A stretch of DNA of 54,852 bases from Candidatus Binatia bacterium. GTDB lineage: Bacteria; Desulfobacterota; Binatia; UBA9968. Below are positions 54,024 to 54,852 of this stretch, piece by piece (positions within the stretch are counted from its first letter, which is position 1; the number at the start of each line of letters is the position of its first letter). Under the pieces are notes generated by a model that was given only the letters and a program-made list of their open reading frames with translations, was not told where the DNA came from and did not search any database. Where the stretch lies: NCBI GenBank assembly GCA_035762645.1, contig DASTOD010000567.1:1-54852 (forward strand), read 5' to 3'. Made by a program: the position numbers and the translations under genes.

Positions 54024-54067
54024 AACGAAGACAACGAAGTCATACCTTGGTCAACGTAGTGTCAACG
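54024..54067. repeat. short direct repeats AACGAAG x2 and GTCAACG x2
   Basis: AACGAAG at 54024-30 and 54033-39. GTCAACG at 54050-56 and 54061-67, an 11-bp period. Confidence 0.6.
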
Positions 54068-54089
54068 CGGAGCGAAGAGCTGGAGGGAC

Positions 54090-54138
54090 GTGTGTCCGAG
54101 CTATGCGAGGACACACACAGTGCCTCTGCCTCTGCCTC
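54090..54138. repeat. 8-bp-stem hairpin GTGTGTCC/GGACACAC followed by (TGCCTC)x3
   Basis: Stem 54090-97 pairs with 54109-16, with an 11-nt loop. The tandem hexamer lies at 54121-54138. Confidence 0.6.
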
Positions 54139-54324
54139 TGAGTACGCAACATCTTGTACAGAATTGTTCGCCAAGCAACAGTATGTTTCTACGCACCACA
54201 AAAAGCAACAAAACGCAACGGTTGCGAGAAATGTTTTGACTGGGGTAAGGTGGGGAGGTAGAAGGAGGGAGGCAATGCACTTCAAGATTAAACCGAAGCT
54301 GTTCACTTATGAAAGGAACGAGGC

Positions 54325-54852
54325 ATGTATGGGAAGCAATTTGCGTCTATGTATACGGGCTCGATGATGGGGAGTGGGCCGTTAGCATTTGCGGTTTGGG
54401 GGTGGGTAATCAGTCATCAGGTTCCCAACCAGGGTCGGACGGAATTTACGGTGGAACTGAATCCTCGGATGGTGGCGTTTCAAATTGGTAAGTGTAGTGA
54501 AGAGGAGGTTGCCTTGCAGGTATTGGAGTTCGAGAAGCCGGATCCTGAATCACGCTCGAAGGAGGAAGAGGGGAGGAAGTTGATCCGGCTGAGTCCGTAC
54601 TTATATCGGGTCGTGAACGGGGCGCATTACGACAAGATGAAGCGGGAGGAGGATCGGCGGGAGTACAACCGGACACGGCTGAAGGAAATTCGAAAGGCGG
54701 ACCGTGCGGCTCAGGAAGTGAATCCGGACACGGCGACAAAAAAAGTGGGGCAGAAATTCAGGAAGCCGGCTTTTGAGGAGTTGAAGTTGATTGGGGCAAA
54801 GATTGGGTTACCGGATGAGGAAGTGACGAAATTTTTCAATTATTACGAGGCG
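54325..54852 (+). CDS. replication-organizer-like protein, 5' part (176 codons, open at the window end; absent from the ORF track)
   Basis: ATG 54325 with an AGGAACGAGG RBS. Translation is MYGKQFASMYTGSMMGSGPLAFAVWGWVISHQ...LPDEEVTKFFNYYEA, with no stop before nt 54852. The C-terminal F..YYE motif resembles DnaD/replisome-organizer-type phage proteins. This is from recall. Confidence 0.65.
   Translation, partial: MYGKQFASMYTGSMMGSGPLAFAVWGWVISHQVPNQGRTEFTVELNPRMVAFQIGKCSEEEVALQVLEFEKPDPESRSKEEEGRKLIRLSPYLYRVVNGAHYDKMKREEDRREYNRTRLKEIRKADRAAQEVNPDTATKKVGQKFRKPAFEELKLIGAKIGLPDEEVTKFFNYYEA

Noticed and set aside
54121-54138. (TGCCTC)x3 tandem hexamer, considered as a possible CRISPR or array fragment.
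   Set aside because: It is far too short and has no spacers. No repeat-spacer architecture exists anywhere in the window.
53600-54367. ORFs 53600..54043(-), 53721..53933(+), 54040..54306(-) and 54047..54367(+, TTG start) in the repeat-rich region.
   Set aside because: They are mutually overlapping and have atypical composition, non-ATG starts or no RBS. They run through short tandem and inverted repeats. The region is better explained as non-coding regulatory or origin DNA.

Overview
The window reads as a gene-dense, G+C-rich genome of a tailed dsDNA phage, about 55 kb and probably nearly complete. Both window edges cut what looks like the same replication-organizer gene, in phase, which suggests a circular or circularly permuted genome.

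Layout:
- 1-6.5 kb (+): translationally coupled early genes. These include a DnaB-type helicase, a class-I methyltransferase-fold protein, a DPPY DNA methyltransferase, a DUF2829/Tad2-like protein, RusA and a decayed methyltransferase remnant.
- 6.9-13.3 kb (+): putative capsid gene with a strong terminator, Cys-repeat proteins, a beta-helix tail fibre, and a lysis-like trio of one tail-anchored membrane protein plus two lipoproteins.
- 13.3-20.8 kb (-): TerL, a phage metallopeptidase, a tRNA-like element, Cys-rich proteins, a GT-like protein and a putative portal.
- 20.9-36.0 kb (+): tail fibre, large virion proteins and a 1826-aa protein carrying an HExxH motif. This block is interrupted by an antisense, A+T-richer HNH endonuclease gene.
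- 36.2-37.3 kb (-): a short operon with a second methyltransferase-fold paralog.
- 37.4-50.6 kb (+): RHH regulator, HerA/DUF87-like ATPase, Gp37/Gp68, RecT, a C5-cytosine methyltransferase, a Cas4-like exonuclease, and a glycosyltransferase/methyltransferase cluster.
- 50.6-52.5 kb (-): operon running from a clamp-loader-like AAA+ ATPase to an ASCH-domain protein.
- 52.6-54.9 kb: small genes, a repeat-rich non-coding region and the replication-organizer gene.

I recognised no rRNA, CRISPR array, integrase, DNA polymerase or endolysin.

The most unusual observation is the C5-methyltransferase locus. Two almost fully overlapping ~1 kb ORFs each carry family-typical motifs, and a 13-bp direct repeat with a 16-nt period sits at the frame junction.

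All functional calls rest on motifs read by eye. None has been confirmed by a database search.
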